Shown: piece after piece, positions 1 to 11,174 of the stretch
Layout: each line of letters begins with the position of its first letter
Numbering within the stretch: position 1 is the first letter of the stretch
Assembly (NCBI GenBank): GCA_963845755.1
Contig: CAWJTV010000031.1
Span: 299,835 to 363,834, forward strand
Length of the DNA: 64,000 nt
Origin: an uncultured Planctomycetota bacterium
GTDB lineage: Bacteria; Planctomycetota; Planctomycetia; Isosphaerales; Isosphaeraceae
Reading direction: 5' to 3'
The notes under the pieces: model-generated
The model's input: the letters and a program-made list of their open reading frames with translations, nothing else
Databases searched by the model: none
What the model was told of the DNA's origin: nothing
Translations under genes and position numbers: made by a program

Positions 1-366
1 GGTCCCTGGCCGCGCCGCGACCGATTGCGGCGCGCCGATGAGCTGCTCGGCGAAGTCGGACTCTCTCACCGCCGGGACCAGCGGCCCGGACGGCTGTCGG
101 TCGGCGAGCGCCAGCGCGTCGCCATCGCGCGCGCCCTGGCCAACGATCCCACGCTGCTCCTCGCCGACGAACCGACCGGCAACCTCGACAGCAAGAGCCA
201 GGACGAGATTCTCCGACTGCTCGACCAGCTCCGCCAGAAGCGAGAGCTCACGATGGTAATCGTGACGCACAGCCATGAGGTCGCGCAGGCCGCGGATCGC
301 CGGATCGCCATGAAGGATGGGCGGATCGTGCTCAACCCGGATACGCATGGAGGGGAAACTGGCTGA
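1..366 (+). CDS. ABC transporter ATP-binding protein (LolD/MacB-like), 5'-truncated by window edge
   Basis: Signature LSVGERQRVAIARAL, Walker B/D-loop LLLADEPTGNLD, H-loop IVTHS. Confidence 0.92.
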   Translation, partial: GPWPRRDRLRRADELLGEVGLSHRRDQRPGRLSVGERQRVAIARALANDPTLLLADEPTGNLDSKSQDEILRLLDQLRQKRELTMVIVTHSHEVAQAADRRIAMKDGRIVLNPDTHGGETG

Positions 367-418
367 CACACCCTTCGTGAAGAGGAACGCCAGGTTCGCA
401 TCCCAAAGCCCCAGAACC

Positions 419-2617
419 TCAAGGACCCATTCTCCCGGAATCCTGTAGAGGAAGAAACGTCTTCGATTGGGCCGGTATGAGGTCGAGCAGCTCCGGGGAT
501 TCCGGAATGAACCAGCCCGATGTCCTCGAGAGCAGCTCCCCCGCGGCCTCACCGGTCAAGGGGCGCGAGAACAAGTAGCCCTGTCCATACTGACAACCGA
601 GGTTGCGGAGATGTTCGAGCTGATAGTCGGTCTCGATCCCTTCCGCCACGACCTCGAGCCCTAGACCCTGCGCCAAGGCCACGATCGTTCGAGCAATCTC
701 CGCGTTCTCGCCGTTGGGACCCATCCGAGAAATGAACGACCGGTCGATCTTCAGCACATTGCACGGGAACTGGTGGAGGTAACTCAGCGACGAATAGCCC
801 TTGCCGAAATCGTCGATGGCCAGCCGGATTCCCAGCGACTTGAGACGGAACAGGGCGGCCAGTGAGGTCTCCACCTGTTCCATGATCGCGCTCTCGGTGA
901 TCTCCAGTCTGAGACAGCGGGCGTCGAGGCCGGTTTCCAGCAGAATGCGCTCGATCTGGTAGACCAGGTCAGTCTGGAAGAACTGGCGACAGGAAAGGTT
1001 GACGCTCATCGACAACGGCGGGCTCATCCAGTAGGTCAACTGCCAGCGACGGAGCTGTTCGGCGGCCTCGCGCAGGACCCAGAGGCCCAGGGGAAGGATC
1101 AGCCGGGTCTCCTCGGCGACCGGGATGAATACTTCGGGAGAGACCATCCCTCTCTCGGGGTTATTCCATCGCACCAGGGCCTCGAAGCAAGCGATTCTCC
1201 CCGTCTGGAGCGAAACGATCGGCTGGAACCGGAGCTCAAATTCCTGGCGGATCGTGGCCTGACGGAGATCGGCTTCAAGCTTCAAACGGCTCATGGCGCT
1301 GGTGTGCATGGACTCATCGAAGACCACGTAACCGGCCTTCCCTCGCGCCTTGGCCTGATACATCGCGATGTCGGCATCGCGGAGCAGGGTCTCGGCGGAG
1401 TTTGAGCCGAGGCTGCTGAAGGCGATCCCAATACTGGCAGCCGTGACCAGCTCGTGCCCGTTCACCTCGAAAGGCCTCTGTAATTCGTCGAGAGCGCGGC
1501 CCGCCAGTTCGAGAGCGTGCTTGGGGTGCTCGATCTCTTCGAGCAGGATGACGAACTCGTCACCGCCCAGCCGGGCGATGGTATCACCTCGGCGGAGAAA
1601 TCTCTCCAACCTCCGACTGAGGGCGATCAGGAGTTGATCGCCGGTCTGGTGGCCCAGGCTGTCGTTAACGACTTTGAAACCATCGAGATCCAGAAAGAGG
1701 ACGGCGAACTGGCCTTCGGATCGCCTCTGCATCCGTACGATCAACTGCTCGAGTCGGTCGATGAGCAAGGCGCGGTTGGGCAAGCCGGTCAAGGCGTCGT
1801 GGAACGCGTCGTGCAGGAGCCGGTCCTCGGCCGCCTTGCGCTGCGTGATATCACTCTGCGATCCCGCGACCCGAACAGCACGTCCCTGGGCGTCACGCAC
1901 GGCGAGGCCGCGTGTCAGGACCCAACGGTACGTGCCGTCATCGTGGAGCATGCGGTGTTCGGTCTGGAGCTGGGACGTGCGACTCAAGAAATGCTCGTCG
2001 ACTTCCGCACGCACGCGGTCGATGTCCAGGGGATGAACGCGATTGAACCATTCACTCGGACACTCGCCGATGGCCTCGACAGTATGACCTAGCATCGATT
2101 TCCAGCGTGGACTGTAATAGATCCTGTTGGTCGTGAGGTCCCAGTCCCAGAGGCCGTCGTTTGCCCCTTGGGCCGCCAGGGCGTAGCGTTCTTCGCTGAG
2201 TCGAAGGGCCTCGAGGGTCTGCTGCCGCTCGACGGCGTATCCGATCGCGTAGCGGATCGACCGCTCGAGCAGTCGTCCGTCAAACTGACCCTTGACCAGG
2301 TAATCGGCGGCTCCGGCCTTCATCACCTCGACGTCGATGTCGCGATCGTCGTTGCCGGTCAGCAGGATGATTGGCGTACGACAGCCGCGGGCGATCATCT
2401 CGCGGAGGAGGTCGAGTCCGGTCTGCTCACCGAGATGGTAATCCAGCAAGCAGACCTCGAAGCTGTCATCGGCCAGCGCGAGCCGTGATGATTCGAGATC
2501 GGGCACCCATTTCAATTCGAATTGATCCCGGTACACTTCCTGAAGAATCCCGCGCGTGAGGATGAAGTCGTCCTCATCGTCGTCAACGAGGAGGATCTTC
2601 AGGCCTCCGACGCTCAT
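419..2617 (-). CDS. REC-PAS-GGDEF-EAL diguanylate cyclase/phosphodiesterase
   Basis: N-terminal receiver (ILLVDDDEDD), PAS (GLWDWDL...WFNRVHP), RLGGDEF, FEALVRW, DDFGKGYSSL. Confidence 0.95.
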   Translation of the reverse strand: MSVGGLKILLVDDDEDDFILTRGILQEVYRDQFELKWVPDLESSRLALADDSFEVCLLDYHLGEQTGLDLLREMIARGCRTPIILLTGNDDRDIDVEVMKAGAADYLVKGQFDGRLLERSIRYAIGYAVERQQTLEALRLSEERYALAAQGANDGLWDWDLTTNRIYYSPRWKSMLGHTVEAIGECPSEWFNRVHPLDIDRVRAEVDEHFLSRTSQLQTEHRMLHDDGTYRWVLTRGLAVRDAQGRAVRVAGSQSDITQRKAAEDRLLHDAFHDALTGLPNRALLIDRLEQLIVRMQRRSEGQFAVLFLDLDGFKVVNDSLGHQTGDQLLIALSRRLERFLRRGDTIARLGGDEFVILLEEIEHPKHALELAGRALDELQRPFEVNGHELVTAASIGIAFSSLGSNSAETLLRDADIAMYQAKARGKAGYVVFDESMHTSAMSRLKLEADLRQATIRQEFELRFQPIVSLQTGRIACFEALVRWNNPERGMVSPEVFIPVAEETRLILPLGLWVLREAAEQLRRWQLTYWMSPPLSMSVNLSCRQFFQTDLVYQIERILLETGLDARCLRLEITESAIMEQVETSLAALFRLKSLGIRLAIDDFGKGYSSLSYLHQFPCNVLKIDRSFISRMGPNGENAEIARTIVALAQGLGLEVVAEGIETDYQLEHLRNLGCQYGQGYLFSRPLTGEAAGELLSRTSGWFIPESPELLDLIPAQSKTFLPLQDSGRMGP

Positions 2618-3089
2618 GCTTTCGCCTCCGATGAGCGGGTATGGTCCGGCAACTCCACGATATCGATCCAGTACCGCCCGATCGCCTTCATGACTTCGAC
2701 GAGACCGTCGAAGCTCACCGGCTTGGTAACGTAAGAGCTGACACCGAGGTCGTAGGTCCGATAGATGTCCTCCTCGGCCTTCGACGTCGTCATCACGACA
2801 ATGGGAGTCCGCCGCAAGACAGGGTCGGCCTTGATCTCGCGGAGGGCCTCCCGTCCGTCCATCTTGGGCATGTTCAGGTCGAGCAGGATCAGGCCGGGCG
2901 CGGGGATGCCTTGGGATCCGCGTAGCGTCCCTGGCGGCGCAGGTAGGCCAGCAGCTCGACCCCGTCCTCGACGAAGTGTACCGCGTTGGCCAACCGGCAT
3001 TCCTCGAGAGCCTCCCTGGCCATCATTCGATCGTCGGCGTCATCATCGGCGATCAGGATCGTGATCGAATTAATTCTTGATTCCACCAT
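2614..3089 (-). CDS. Single-domain response regulator (one frameshift ~2895)
   Basis: MVESRINSITILIADDDADD joins to LILLDLNMPKMDG...YVTKPVSF across two frames; overlaps both neighbours. Confidence 0.88.
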
Positions 3090-4528
3090 TGCCCACCTCT
3101 CTCGGCTGTCGGACCGGAAGCGTAACCATGAACGACGAGCCCTTTCCCGGTGTACTACGCGCCGTGATCGTGCCGCCGTGCCGCTCGGCAATCTTTCGGC
3201 AGACCGCCAGGCCGACGCCTGTCCCTTCGTATTCGGTGCGGCCGTGCAGCCGCTGGAAGATCGTGAAAATCCGATCGACATAAACTTCTTCGAATCCGAT
3301 GCCATTGTCTTCGACCAGGATCTGGCAGACGTCGCGAGACTGGCCCACGACAGGCTTGCTGGAGACCTGCACGACCGGCGGCACCTCAGGGCGGTGGTAC
3401 TTCAGGGCGTTTCCGATCAAGTTCTGCATGAGCTGTCGCATTTGCAGGGGGTCGGCGTCGACGGTGGGCAGGTTGCCCAGTTCAACGCGGCCGCCCACCT
3501 GCTCGATGCGCACCTCCAGGTCACAGATCACGTCGCGCGGCCCCGTTCAGATCGGTGGGGACGAAGGGCTGCGCCTTGGTCGAGACCCGGGAAAACGTGA
3601 GCAGATCATTGATCAACGTCTGCATTCGTTTCCCCGCGTTCTGGATCCTGTCGAGGTAGTCGCGACCGGCGTCGTCGAGCGCCGCACCACACTTGCTTCG
3701 AAGCCTGTCACTAAATGCCTGGACCTTCCGCAAAGGCTCTTGCAAGTCGTGCGAAGCGACCGAGGCGAAGTCTTGGAGCTCTTGGTTGCTCCGCTCCAGC
3801 CGTGCGGCATAGGTCTTCAGTTCCTCATTGGAGCGTCTCGCGTCGCCCACGAAACCTTCGATCCTATGCATTGCCGGTCCGATCACATAGATCCCCTCCA
3901 ACAGCAGGATCATCAGCACGGTCAAGAACCAGGCGTACTCGATCGACTCGAGTCGGTCAACGTGAATGGCGCTTTCTTTTTCGATCTCGAGCACGGATTC
4001 GCCGACGGCGCGGCGATCGGCGGCTTCCTCGTTAATCAGGGTTTGAATCAGTGCGCTCGTTTCGGCGGCAGGGGGCGTCGAGCTCTCGGAGCCGAACCTG
4101 TTGACCAGTGAAGCCGCGGCGGCGAGCGCCTCGACGCGGTGAGTCGAGGCCGGGAGCGACGATCGGCGCTCCGCCGTCGCTTTCGCGCTCGCCTGGCCTG
4201 GCCCGGCTCTCACTTCCTCGCTCCCGGCAGAGGCTCTGCGTTTCCTCGAAATCCGCTCAATCAGCGTTTCGATGTTCTGGCGGCGGGCCGCGGCCTCTGG
4301 GCTGGCCAGAACGGACAGGACCGACTCGCAAAGCGACGAATCATGCCCTTCGTTCCGGGCGGCCTGCGCCATCGATTGCATCGCGTTTCGCCGCCAGGCC
4401 AGGTCTCTTAGCAGATTGACCTCGGCCAGAGCCAGAACGATCGCGATGGAGCAGTGCGAGACGAAATAAAGCATCCGGAGTCGGTACGCGGGGGAAGCTT
4501 TCTCGGCTTCCCGAGAACGGCTCTTCAT
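3070..4528 (-). CDS. Membrane sensor histidine kinase (frameshift ~3530)
   Basis: Two hydrophobic segments, H-box ASHDLQEPLR, N-box NLIGNALKY, DNGIG, GTGVGLA, split over ORFs 3521..4735 and 3070..3531. Confidence 0.88.
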
Positions 4529-4850
4529 TCTGCATCCAACCAGTAACAGGAGTGACTCGATCCACGCCGCTCCTAACGCGGGAAGCCCGATCACGACACG
4601 ACCGAGCCGGATCCGATTGTTAGAACTGTAGATCACGTTTATTGAAGTCACCGTGCACGTTGTCTGGATTCGACTGCGGTCGTCGTACTCCGTTCGAACT
4701 CCGTAAACACGACTGGTTCCATAGCCAACGCGCACCTTCGCTACTTCGCGCCAAAGTCCGACGGATGGTGAATTCGCAGACGATCTCAGCTCACCATTGG
4801 GTGAAATGGTACTGCCGCATCGAGGCGACCACGAACCCAGCCATCGCTCC

Positions 4851-5045
4851 TAACGCGGCCTTCGGCCGCACCTAAGAGAGGGATTCCGGATTCGAGATTC
4901 CGGATTCCGGATGAAGAAGGATTCAGGAATCTGGAGTCTGAAATCCGGAATCCGGAATCTCGAATCCGGAATCTCGAATCCGGAATCCGGAATCACGGAT
5001 CCCCCAGATGCGCGCACGGCGCAGGGAGCCTACGGAGGACGACTC
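4851..5045. repeat. Dispersed non-coding element, copy A
   Basis: Starts TAACGCGGCCTTCGGCCGCA; inverted GGATTCC/GAATCCG heptamer arrays; ends CAGATGCGCGCACGGCGCAG...GGAGGACGACTC. Confidence 0.85.
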
Positions 5046-5196
5046 TAACGCGGCCTTCGGCCGCAACTCAATCGGGATTCCCGATTCGAGATTCCGGATT
5101 CCCGAAGGGGAATGATTCGGGAATCCGGAATCTCGAATCCGGAATTCGGAATCCTCAGATGCGCGCACGGCGCAGGGATCCTATGGAGGAAGCCTC
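5046..5196. repeat. Dispersed non-coding element, copy B (head-to-tail with A)
   Basis: Same left and right ends as copy A, shorter heptamer core. Confidence 0.85.
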
Positions 5197-5199
5197 TAA

Positions 5200-5378
5200 C
5201 CGACGAACCAACCGGCAAGAACGACAAGAACAGCCGGGACGAGATCCTCCAACTGCGCGATCCGGTCCACGGACGGCGACAGCTCACGATGGTGATCGTG
5301 ACGCACAGCCATGAGATCGCGCAGGCCGCGGATCGCCGGATCGCCATGATTGATGGGCGGATCGTGCCGTCGGAATAG
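5200..5378 (+). pseudogene. Remnant duplicate of the 3' end of the ABC ATPase gene
   Basis: 5200-5367 is colinear with 164-331 (168 bp each); reads DEPTGKND...LTMVIVTHSHEIAQAADRRIAMIDGRIV; no 5' part. Confidence 0.85.
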
Positions 5379-5430
5379 GCGGTGGAGAGGCGTGGTTCGT
5401 GGTTCCCGCCAGGCTCCGCCTGCGAGCACG

Positions 5431-7698
5431 TCATTTCGGCTTCGACGCGACGGGATCCCGCTCCACCGTCAAGGCGATCAGATACGGATCGCACGCCGAC
5501 TCCGACGAGACCATGTCGATCGTGGAAATCTCCTTGTCCGGATGCGGGTTCGTCCAGGTGAAGGCGAACAGGTGAATCTCCAGGCCCGCTTCGTGCCGGT
5601 CGTCAATCATCTCATTGCTCCCCGTCCAAGCAATCCGGGCATCGGACGGGTCGTTGTTCTGACCTCCGAAATGCCACCAATCGACGAGGTTCTTACCGTA
5701 GACGATCGGCACCGTCTCATGGAAACCGTTGACATAGCGAACGACGTAATAGCCAACCTCGGTGCCGGCCTCGGCCTGCTGCTGACAGGCGTGCAAGATG
5801 TGCAGCCGCTTCCCCCGGGCGGCGACCTTGATCCCCGCGATGGATACCGGCTTGTCGGCCGAGGCCTGGCCTTTGACATGCACCATCTTCTCGCCGATCC
5901 GGAAGTACGCATCGCCCAGCTTGTGCAGACCGCGCGGCACGCGATTGAGGTGATTGCTGTCGCCGAGGCCACCGGGGCCATCGCCGAGGAAGTTATTCGC
6001 GTAGGCTGTCAGATCGACGAACGTCAATCGCTCGCGGAGAGCCGCTGGGATGGGCTCATCCTCCACGCGGGCGGCCGAGTTCCTGGCTTTCTCGTCGGGC
6101 TGGGGGCGATACGTCAGCGTGACTTCGTCGCGATCGGCGGGAATCATCTCCTTCTGGACCTCCTCGCCCGTCCGGCCGATCGAGATGGGACCTCGGTGAC
6201 GGAGGAGACCTCCCAGGACGAACCTGCCCTCTCGGTCGGTGACCGCTACCTCCAGTGCGTCGGGGCCGGCGCCGGGCTGACGAAGCTCCTGGCCGGCCGT
6301 AACTCGGACGACGGGCAGTGGACGGCCCTGGGAATCGTTCACGCGGCCCGTCACCGTGCGTGGCTTCGCGTCCGCGGCCTGGATCCGCTCCGCGACTTTG
6401 AAGATCGTGTTGACGATCGAGACGCCACCGGCTGGCGCATCGACGTCCGCGTCTTCTGGCTGCTCGGCGGTTGTCGGGAAGTCGCTCGATCCCTTGGGAT
6501 TCAAGAGGAGGATCGGCATGACCTCCGCCTGGTCGGTAACCACGACCACGTGCCGACTCATCGAGCGGGACGACAGGTCATCGATCAGATAGACGAACTG
6601 TTCGCCGGGCGGTACCGGGAACAGGAATCGCCCCTGTTCGTCGGTCTTGGTCCCCAGGATGGCGGCTCCCGATCGGGGTACGGACGGTCCCTGACAACCG
6701 ACCTGGGCGCCCGCCATGGGCCGATCGGTTTCGCGGTCGATGACGACCCCTCTCAGCGGCTTGCCTTCGATCACCGACAGGTCGGCGGTTGCCTCCTCGC
6801 CCTCCCGGATGCGGACGGCTTCCACGGCCCGCGCCGTGGCCCGTTCCCGGCCGGGGACCTCGAGGAGCAAGACGTTGTAAACCCCCGGCTCCAGTCCATC
6901 GATGGCGAACCCACCTCGATCGTCGGTCACGGCCTGGCCCCAGCCATCGGTCAGGTGCCGGACGAGACGCTCGATGAGCTGGGCGGCGACCGCGGCACCG
7001 GCCAGGGGCTTTCCAGTCGCCGCGTCGGTCAGACGACCACGAAGGACTCCGGTCGGCTCCAGGATCGCGGGGCCGAGGGTCCGTGCATTCGTCGCAACCT
7101 CGATGGGCGGACTGATGGACCGAGTGTGCAGGACTCTCAGGCGAGCGCGGGCATTCTGGGGCAGCGTTACGGTGAACTTCCCCGCTTGGTCCGTCACGCC
7201 GAAGCCCAGCAGCGGGTCCTTGCCCCAGAGGTCCTGGTCCAAGGTCTGGTTCGTCGGATGGGAGAGCATCTCCACTCCAACTCGAGCCCCGGCGACCGGT
7301 TTGCCCTCTCGGTTCACGACCGAGCCCTCGACGCGGTGATTCAAGGGAAGCAGCATCATCCAGGACCTCCGAGCCCCCGCCCCGGCCTGGGACTGGTCAC
7401 CCAACTTCGTCCAGGCCACGGCTTCCCGGCCACGGACAGCAGTCAAGACGGCTCCCTCGACGGCGACGTCGCTGGGGATCGACACCGTTCCGTTCGCCCC
7501 GGTCGCGAACGAGTGGCGCGGCGAGTCCGGCGCCCGGACCTCAACTGTGATGTTCGGCACGTCCCTCCGCTGCGTGTCAACCACGAGGACGCGGAGCGGG
7601 CGGTTGTCTTCAAGTGCCGCTCCGGCATCGCACACCCATGCAACCGCGATGATTCCGGCCATCGCGAGCGTCAACAGGATCGGCCGTCCCCTGGTCAT
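5431..7698 (-). CDS. Secreted protein with carboxypeptidase-regulatory-like repeats and a C-terminal beta-rich domain
   Basis: Signal-like N-terminus MTRGRPILLTLAMAG; repeated G-x-V...G-x-P-x-AGA-x-V...TD-x-x-G-x-F units; C-terminal WTNPHPDKEI motif. Confidence 0.7.
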   Translation of the reverse strand: MTRGRPILLTLAMAGIIAVAWVCDAGAALEDNRPLRVLVVDTQRRDVPNITVEVRAPDSPRHSFATGANGTVSIPSDVAVEGAVLTAVRGREAVAWTKLGDQSQAGAGARRSWMMLLPLNHRVEGSVVNREGKPVAGARVGVEMLSHPTNQTLDQDLWGKDPLLGFGVTDQAGKFTVTLPQNARARLRVLHTRSISPPIEVATNARTLGPAILEPTGVLRGRLTDAATGKPLAGAAVAAQLIERLVRHLTDGWGQAVTDDRGGFAIDGLEPGVYNVLLLEVPGRERATARAVEAVRIREGEEATADLSVIEGKPLRGVVIDRETDRPMAGAQVGCQGPSVPRSGAAILGTKTDEQGRFLFPVPPGEQFVYLIDDLSSRSMSRHVVVVTDQAEVMPILLLNPKGSSDFPTTAEQPEDADVDAPAGGVSIVNTIFKVAERIQAADAKPRTVTGRVNDSQGRPLPVVRVTAGQELRQPGAGPDALEVAVTDREGRFVLGGLLRHRGPISIGRTGEEVQKEMIPADRDEVTLTYRPQPDEKARNSAARVEDEPIPAALRERLTFVDLTAYANNFLGDGPGGLGDSNHLNRVPRGLHKLGDAYFRIGEKMVHVKGQASADKPVSIAGIKVAARGKRLHILHACQQQAEAGTEVGYYVVRYVNGFHETVPIVYGKNLVDWWHFGGQNNDPSDARIAWTGSNEMIDDRHEAGLEIHLFAFTWTNPHPDKEISTIDMVSSESACDPYLIALTVERDPVASKPK

Positions 7699-7948
7699 GA
7701 GATGTCTCCTCGGCTCGACATCGGCCAGATTCGCGAGGCTCGTGTGGGACCACTCTGGCGATCGATGGCCCTGCACTCATCATAATGATTGATCCAGGGG
7801 AATTCCCAGAGATCGGCGAGCGATCGATGGCGACGGTAACCGTTGTGGAAAGCCGGAAGAGCGGCGGCCAGGGTCTTGGCATCCCACCCCGCGACTGGCA
7901 CACTACCAGGTCGGACCACGCACCGATTTCCCACGGGAGACCCTGACG

Positions 7949-9070
7949 ATGAACCGAGGCATGAGGGAGTTGACCATTGCGGTCCTGGCCCTGATTACCA
8001 TCACCGGCACGGCGGTCGCGGATCCGCCTGGTTTGAAGCACCTGTCGATCGGCGCCGTCGCACCCGACTTCCAATTGCCGGGCGTCAACGGCAAGACCTA
8101 CAGCCTCAAGGATTTCTCCGCGGCCAAGGTCCTGGTCGTGATCTTCACCTGCAATCACTGTCCGACGGCCCAGGCTTACGAAGGCCGGATCGCCCGGATG
8201 TACGCCGATTACCGCGACAAGGGCGTCGCCCTCGTGGCCATCTCGCCCAACAATCCCGCCGCGGTCCGCCTCGACGAGCTGGGCTTCACGGACCTTGGCG
8301 ACTCATTCGAGGACATGAAGATTCGGGCCAAGGATCATCAATACCCTTACCCGTACCTCTACGACGGCGAGACGCAGGCGACCGCCCAGGCTTACGGCGT
8401 CCTGGCCACACCGCACGTCTACGTCTTCGACGCCGAGCGCAAGCTCCAGTACGTCGGCCGATTCGACGACTCCGAGGTGAAGACCGTGAAGTCGCACGAC
8501 GCGAAGAACGCGGTCGAGGCCCTCCTGGCGGGCAAGCCAGTACCAGTCGCCACTACGCTCATCTTCGGCTGTTCCACCAAGTGGGCCGAGAAGCAGGAGG
8601 ATGCCCGGAAGTCGCTCGCCCGGTGGGATGCCGAACCCGTCAAACTCGACGCCATCGATAATGACGCCATCGCCAACCTCGCCGGGAACGACACCCAGAA
8701 GTTGCTGGTCGTGAATCTCTGGGCAACCTGGTGCGGTCCCTGCGTCGCGGAGCTTCCCGACCTGGTCACGATGCACCGGATGTACCGCCGCCGCAAGTTC
8801 CAGCTCGTCACGATCAGCATGGATGACCTGACGAAGAAGGAAGACGCGCTGAAGGTCCTCAAGGATAACCACGCATCGACGACCAATTATATCCTGACCT
8901 CGACCGACCGCGACGCATTCGCCCAGGCGCTCGATCGGCAGTGGCCCGGCCCGGTCCCGTATACGATGGTCATCGCGCCGGGCGGGAAGGTCCTCTATCG
9001 CAAGACCGGCCCGATCGACCCGCTCGAGCTGAAGCGGGCCATCGTGGGATACCTCGGGCGGACGTCCTGA
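7949..9070 (+). CDS. Exported two-domain redoxin/thioredoxin-family protein
   Basis: Signal peptide; APDFQLPG, CNHC and WATWCGPC motifs. Confidence 0.88.
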   Translation: MNRGMRELTIAVLALITITGTAVADPPGLKHLSIGAVAPDFQLPGVNGKTYSLKDFSAAKVLVVIFTCNHCPTAQAYEGRIARMYADYRDKGVALVAISPNNPAAVRLDELGFTDLGDSFEDMKIRAKDHQYPYPYLYDGETQATAQAYGVLATPHVYVFDAERKLQYVGRFDDSEVKTVKSHDAKNAVEALLAGKPVPVATTLIFGCSTKWAEKQEDARKSLARWDAEPVKLDAIDNDAIANLAGNDTQKLLVVNLWATWCGPCVAELPDLVTMHRMYRRRKFQLVTISMDDLTKKEDALKVLKDNHASTTNYILTSTDRDAFAQALDRQWPGPVPYTMVIAPGGKVLYRKTGPIDPLELKRAIVGYLGRTS

Positions 9071-9098
9071 GAAACGGTCCGAGAAGCGGATCCGGGGT

Positions 9099-9162
9099 TT
9101 GTAGGGTGGGTGAAACCCACCAGAATCGGGACACTTCCTGGTGGGTTTCACCCACCCTACAA
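9099..9162. repeat. GTAG-type REP doublet (REPIN-like hairpin)
   Basis: Perfect 25-bp IR TTGTAGGGTGGGTGAAACCCACCAG (9099-9123 / 9138-9162) between convergent genes. Confidence 0.8.
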
Positions 9163-9259
9163 GATTCTCGGATAGATTCTAAGAAGCGCGAGTCCCGGTT
9201 TCGGGACGCGAGGACTTCAGGTCCCTCGCCCCCGGCGGGGGAAGGAAAGCCGAACAGGT

Positions 9260-11050
9260 TCAGGAGCCTCCGCTCGCCGACCGCCCCTCCGCGGGTCCGG
9301 GTCCGGAGTCCTCGGCAAGATATCGCTCGAGGGGCGGTCGCCGCAAGTGGTCGCCATTGACCTGTTGCATGGCGTGGGCGACGGCCAGGAGGGTCGATTC
9401 GTCGAATAACCGCCCGGTGAGGGTGACCGAGCCGGGCCTCGTGCGTCCGTTGCGGTCGCGGAAGCCGATCGGGAAGACGACGGACGGATGGCCGGTCAGG
9501 TTGGTGATCGGCAGATCCGTTCCGGATGCGACGTATAAGTTCACCTTCGCCATTCGCTCGGCCATGGCCTGCATGAGCTTGGTCCGCACGCGGGCGGCCC
9601 GCAGATACTCGACGGCCGGCACGAACTGACCCTGGCGGAAGGTGGCCGGCCAGGAGTTGAGCCCTTCGGTGATATGCTTGCGCGTGAGCTCGTCAAAGAC
9701 GGCGGCGGCCTCGGTCCCGAGCATCATGGTGATGGCGCGCACCGGGAGGTTGTCGGGGAGCGTCATCGGGACCAGCTCGAATCCCAGCCCTCGGAGGATC
9801 CTCAGCTCCTCCCGTTCGTCGAACAGGCTGGTTCGGAGCCTCGATGTAGCCGATCTTCAGGGCACTGTAATCGACCTTTGGGGGCCAGTCGAAGGGCTGA
9901 TCCACGGCCGCCCAGTCGCGGCCGTCGGCGCCGTGGATGGCGTCGAACACGAGCGCCAATCTTGCACGGAACGCGTGATCGGCCCGAGCTTGTCCATGGT
10001 CCACGAAAGCGTCATGCAGCCGTGTCGGCTGACGCGTCCGAAGGTCGGGCGCAGGCCCGTCGCCCCGCAGGCGCGGCGGGGGAGACGATGCTGCCGAGCG
10101 TCTCGCTGCCGATCGCGAAGCCGACCAGCCCGGCGGCGGCGGCCGAAGCCGAGCCCGCCGACGAGCCGCTCGAGCCGGTCCGCGGGTCCCACGGGCTGCG
10201 CAGTCCGGCCGCCAAACCACTGGTCGCCCATCGCCAGTGCACCGAGCGAGAGCTTCGCCAGCATCACGGCGCCGGCCTCTTCCAATCGGGCCGCCACGCT
10301 CGCCTTGACGTCGATCACGCGGTCCTTGAACGGCGTCGCGCCCCAGGTTGTCGGATAACCCGGATAGGCGATCAGGTCCTTGGCACCCCAGGGGATCCCG
10401 TGCAGCGGGCCGCGGTACTTCCCCGCCGCAATGTCTCGATCGGCCTGCGCGGCTTGCTTGAGTGCCAGTTCCTCGGTGAAGGTCACGACGCACTTCAAGA
10501 GCGGGTCGAACTTCTTGAGTCGCGCGAGATACAGTCGGGTCAGCTCGGTCGAGGTGACCTGCCGACTGCGCAGCAGAGCCGAAAGCTCGGCCACCGTCAG
10601 GAAGGCGAGCTCCTCATCCGAGCCGGGCCTGCGCGGCGTCGGGCCCTCGACCGGCGTCGCCCGATTCCGCTGGATCGCAGCCGCAGGGCCGGGCGGAGTG
10701 GGAAAGAACGTCAGGGCGGGCGGCACGTCGTAGCCCACGTCGACCGCGCGCAGTTCGGCGAATTCATGAAGACTCCGCTCGACCGAACGCGCCGTGCTCG
10801 TTCGTTCGTCCTTGGTGAGATCAAGCCCGGCGATCCACTCCGCCTGCTTGATCATGTCGGGCGTGATCTGGCCGGCCTGAGCCGCCTGAGCCGCCATCGC
10901 CCGGCGGAACGCCACGCTGCCGATGCCCAGGCCCGCCAGCCCTTTCAAGACGGCCCGACGACGGAGTCCGATGGCTTCGCCATTCTCAGGTGCGGGCTGG
11001 TCGGTCAGCTCGGATGGCTCATCAACCCCGTCGGCCCAGGTTTCGATCAT
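9260..11050 (-). CDS. Amidase signature family protein (several frameshifts 9830-10200)
   Basis: Tat-like RRAVLKG; GPLHGIPWGAKD; GSSGSSAGSA; GSETLGSI; GLRPTFGRVSR; NLTGHPS, spread over frames. Confidence 0.85.
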
Positions 11051-11174
11051 CGCTGCAAGCCCTCGACTCGGTGACGTCGCTCCCCGGGGCTATTGTGGCC
11101 GTGTCGGGCTTTGCACTCAAGAAGGACGAGGAATCGTGCGGATCCTCGACTCGCCCACTGGTGGGACGTCGAAA

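Noticed and set aside
4923..5168. ORFs with GIRDSGF or NPESRI repeats here and at 18497-19118
   Set aside because: Translations of the 7-bp repeat, not credible proteins
4851..5196. CRISPR array or integron attC interpretation of the repeated element
   Set aside because: Interiors are heptamer hairpins, not unique spacers or gene cassettes; no matching GTTRRRY/RYYYAAC pair, cas gene or integrase
5350..7785. Long ORFs such as 5350..7785, 9674..11074, 50209..51597, 52767..54098 and 60453..61778
   Set aside because: Antisense shadows of well-supported genes, expected in high-GC DNA, with no motifs
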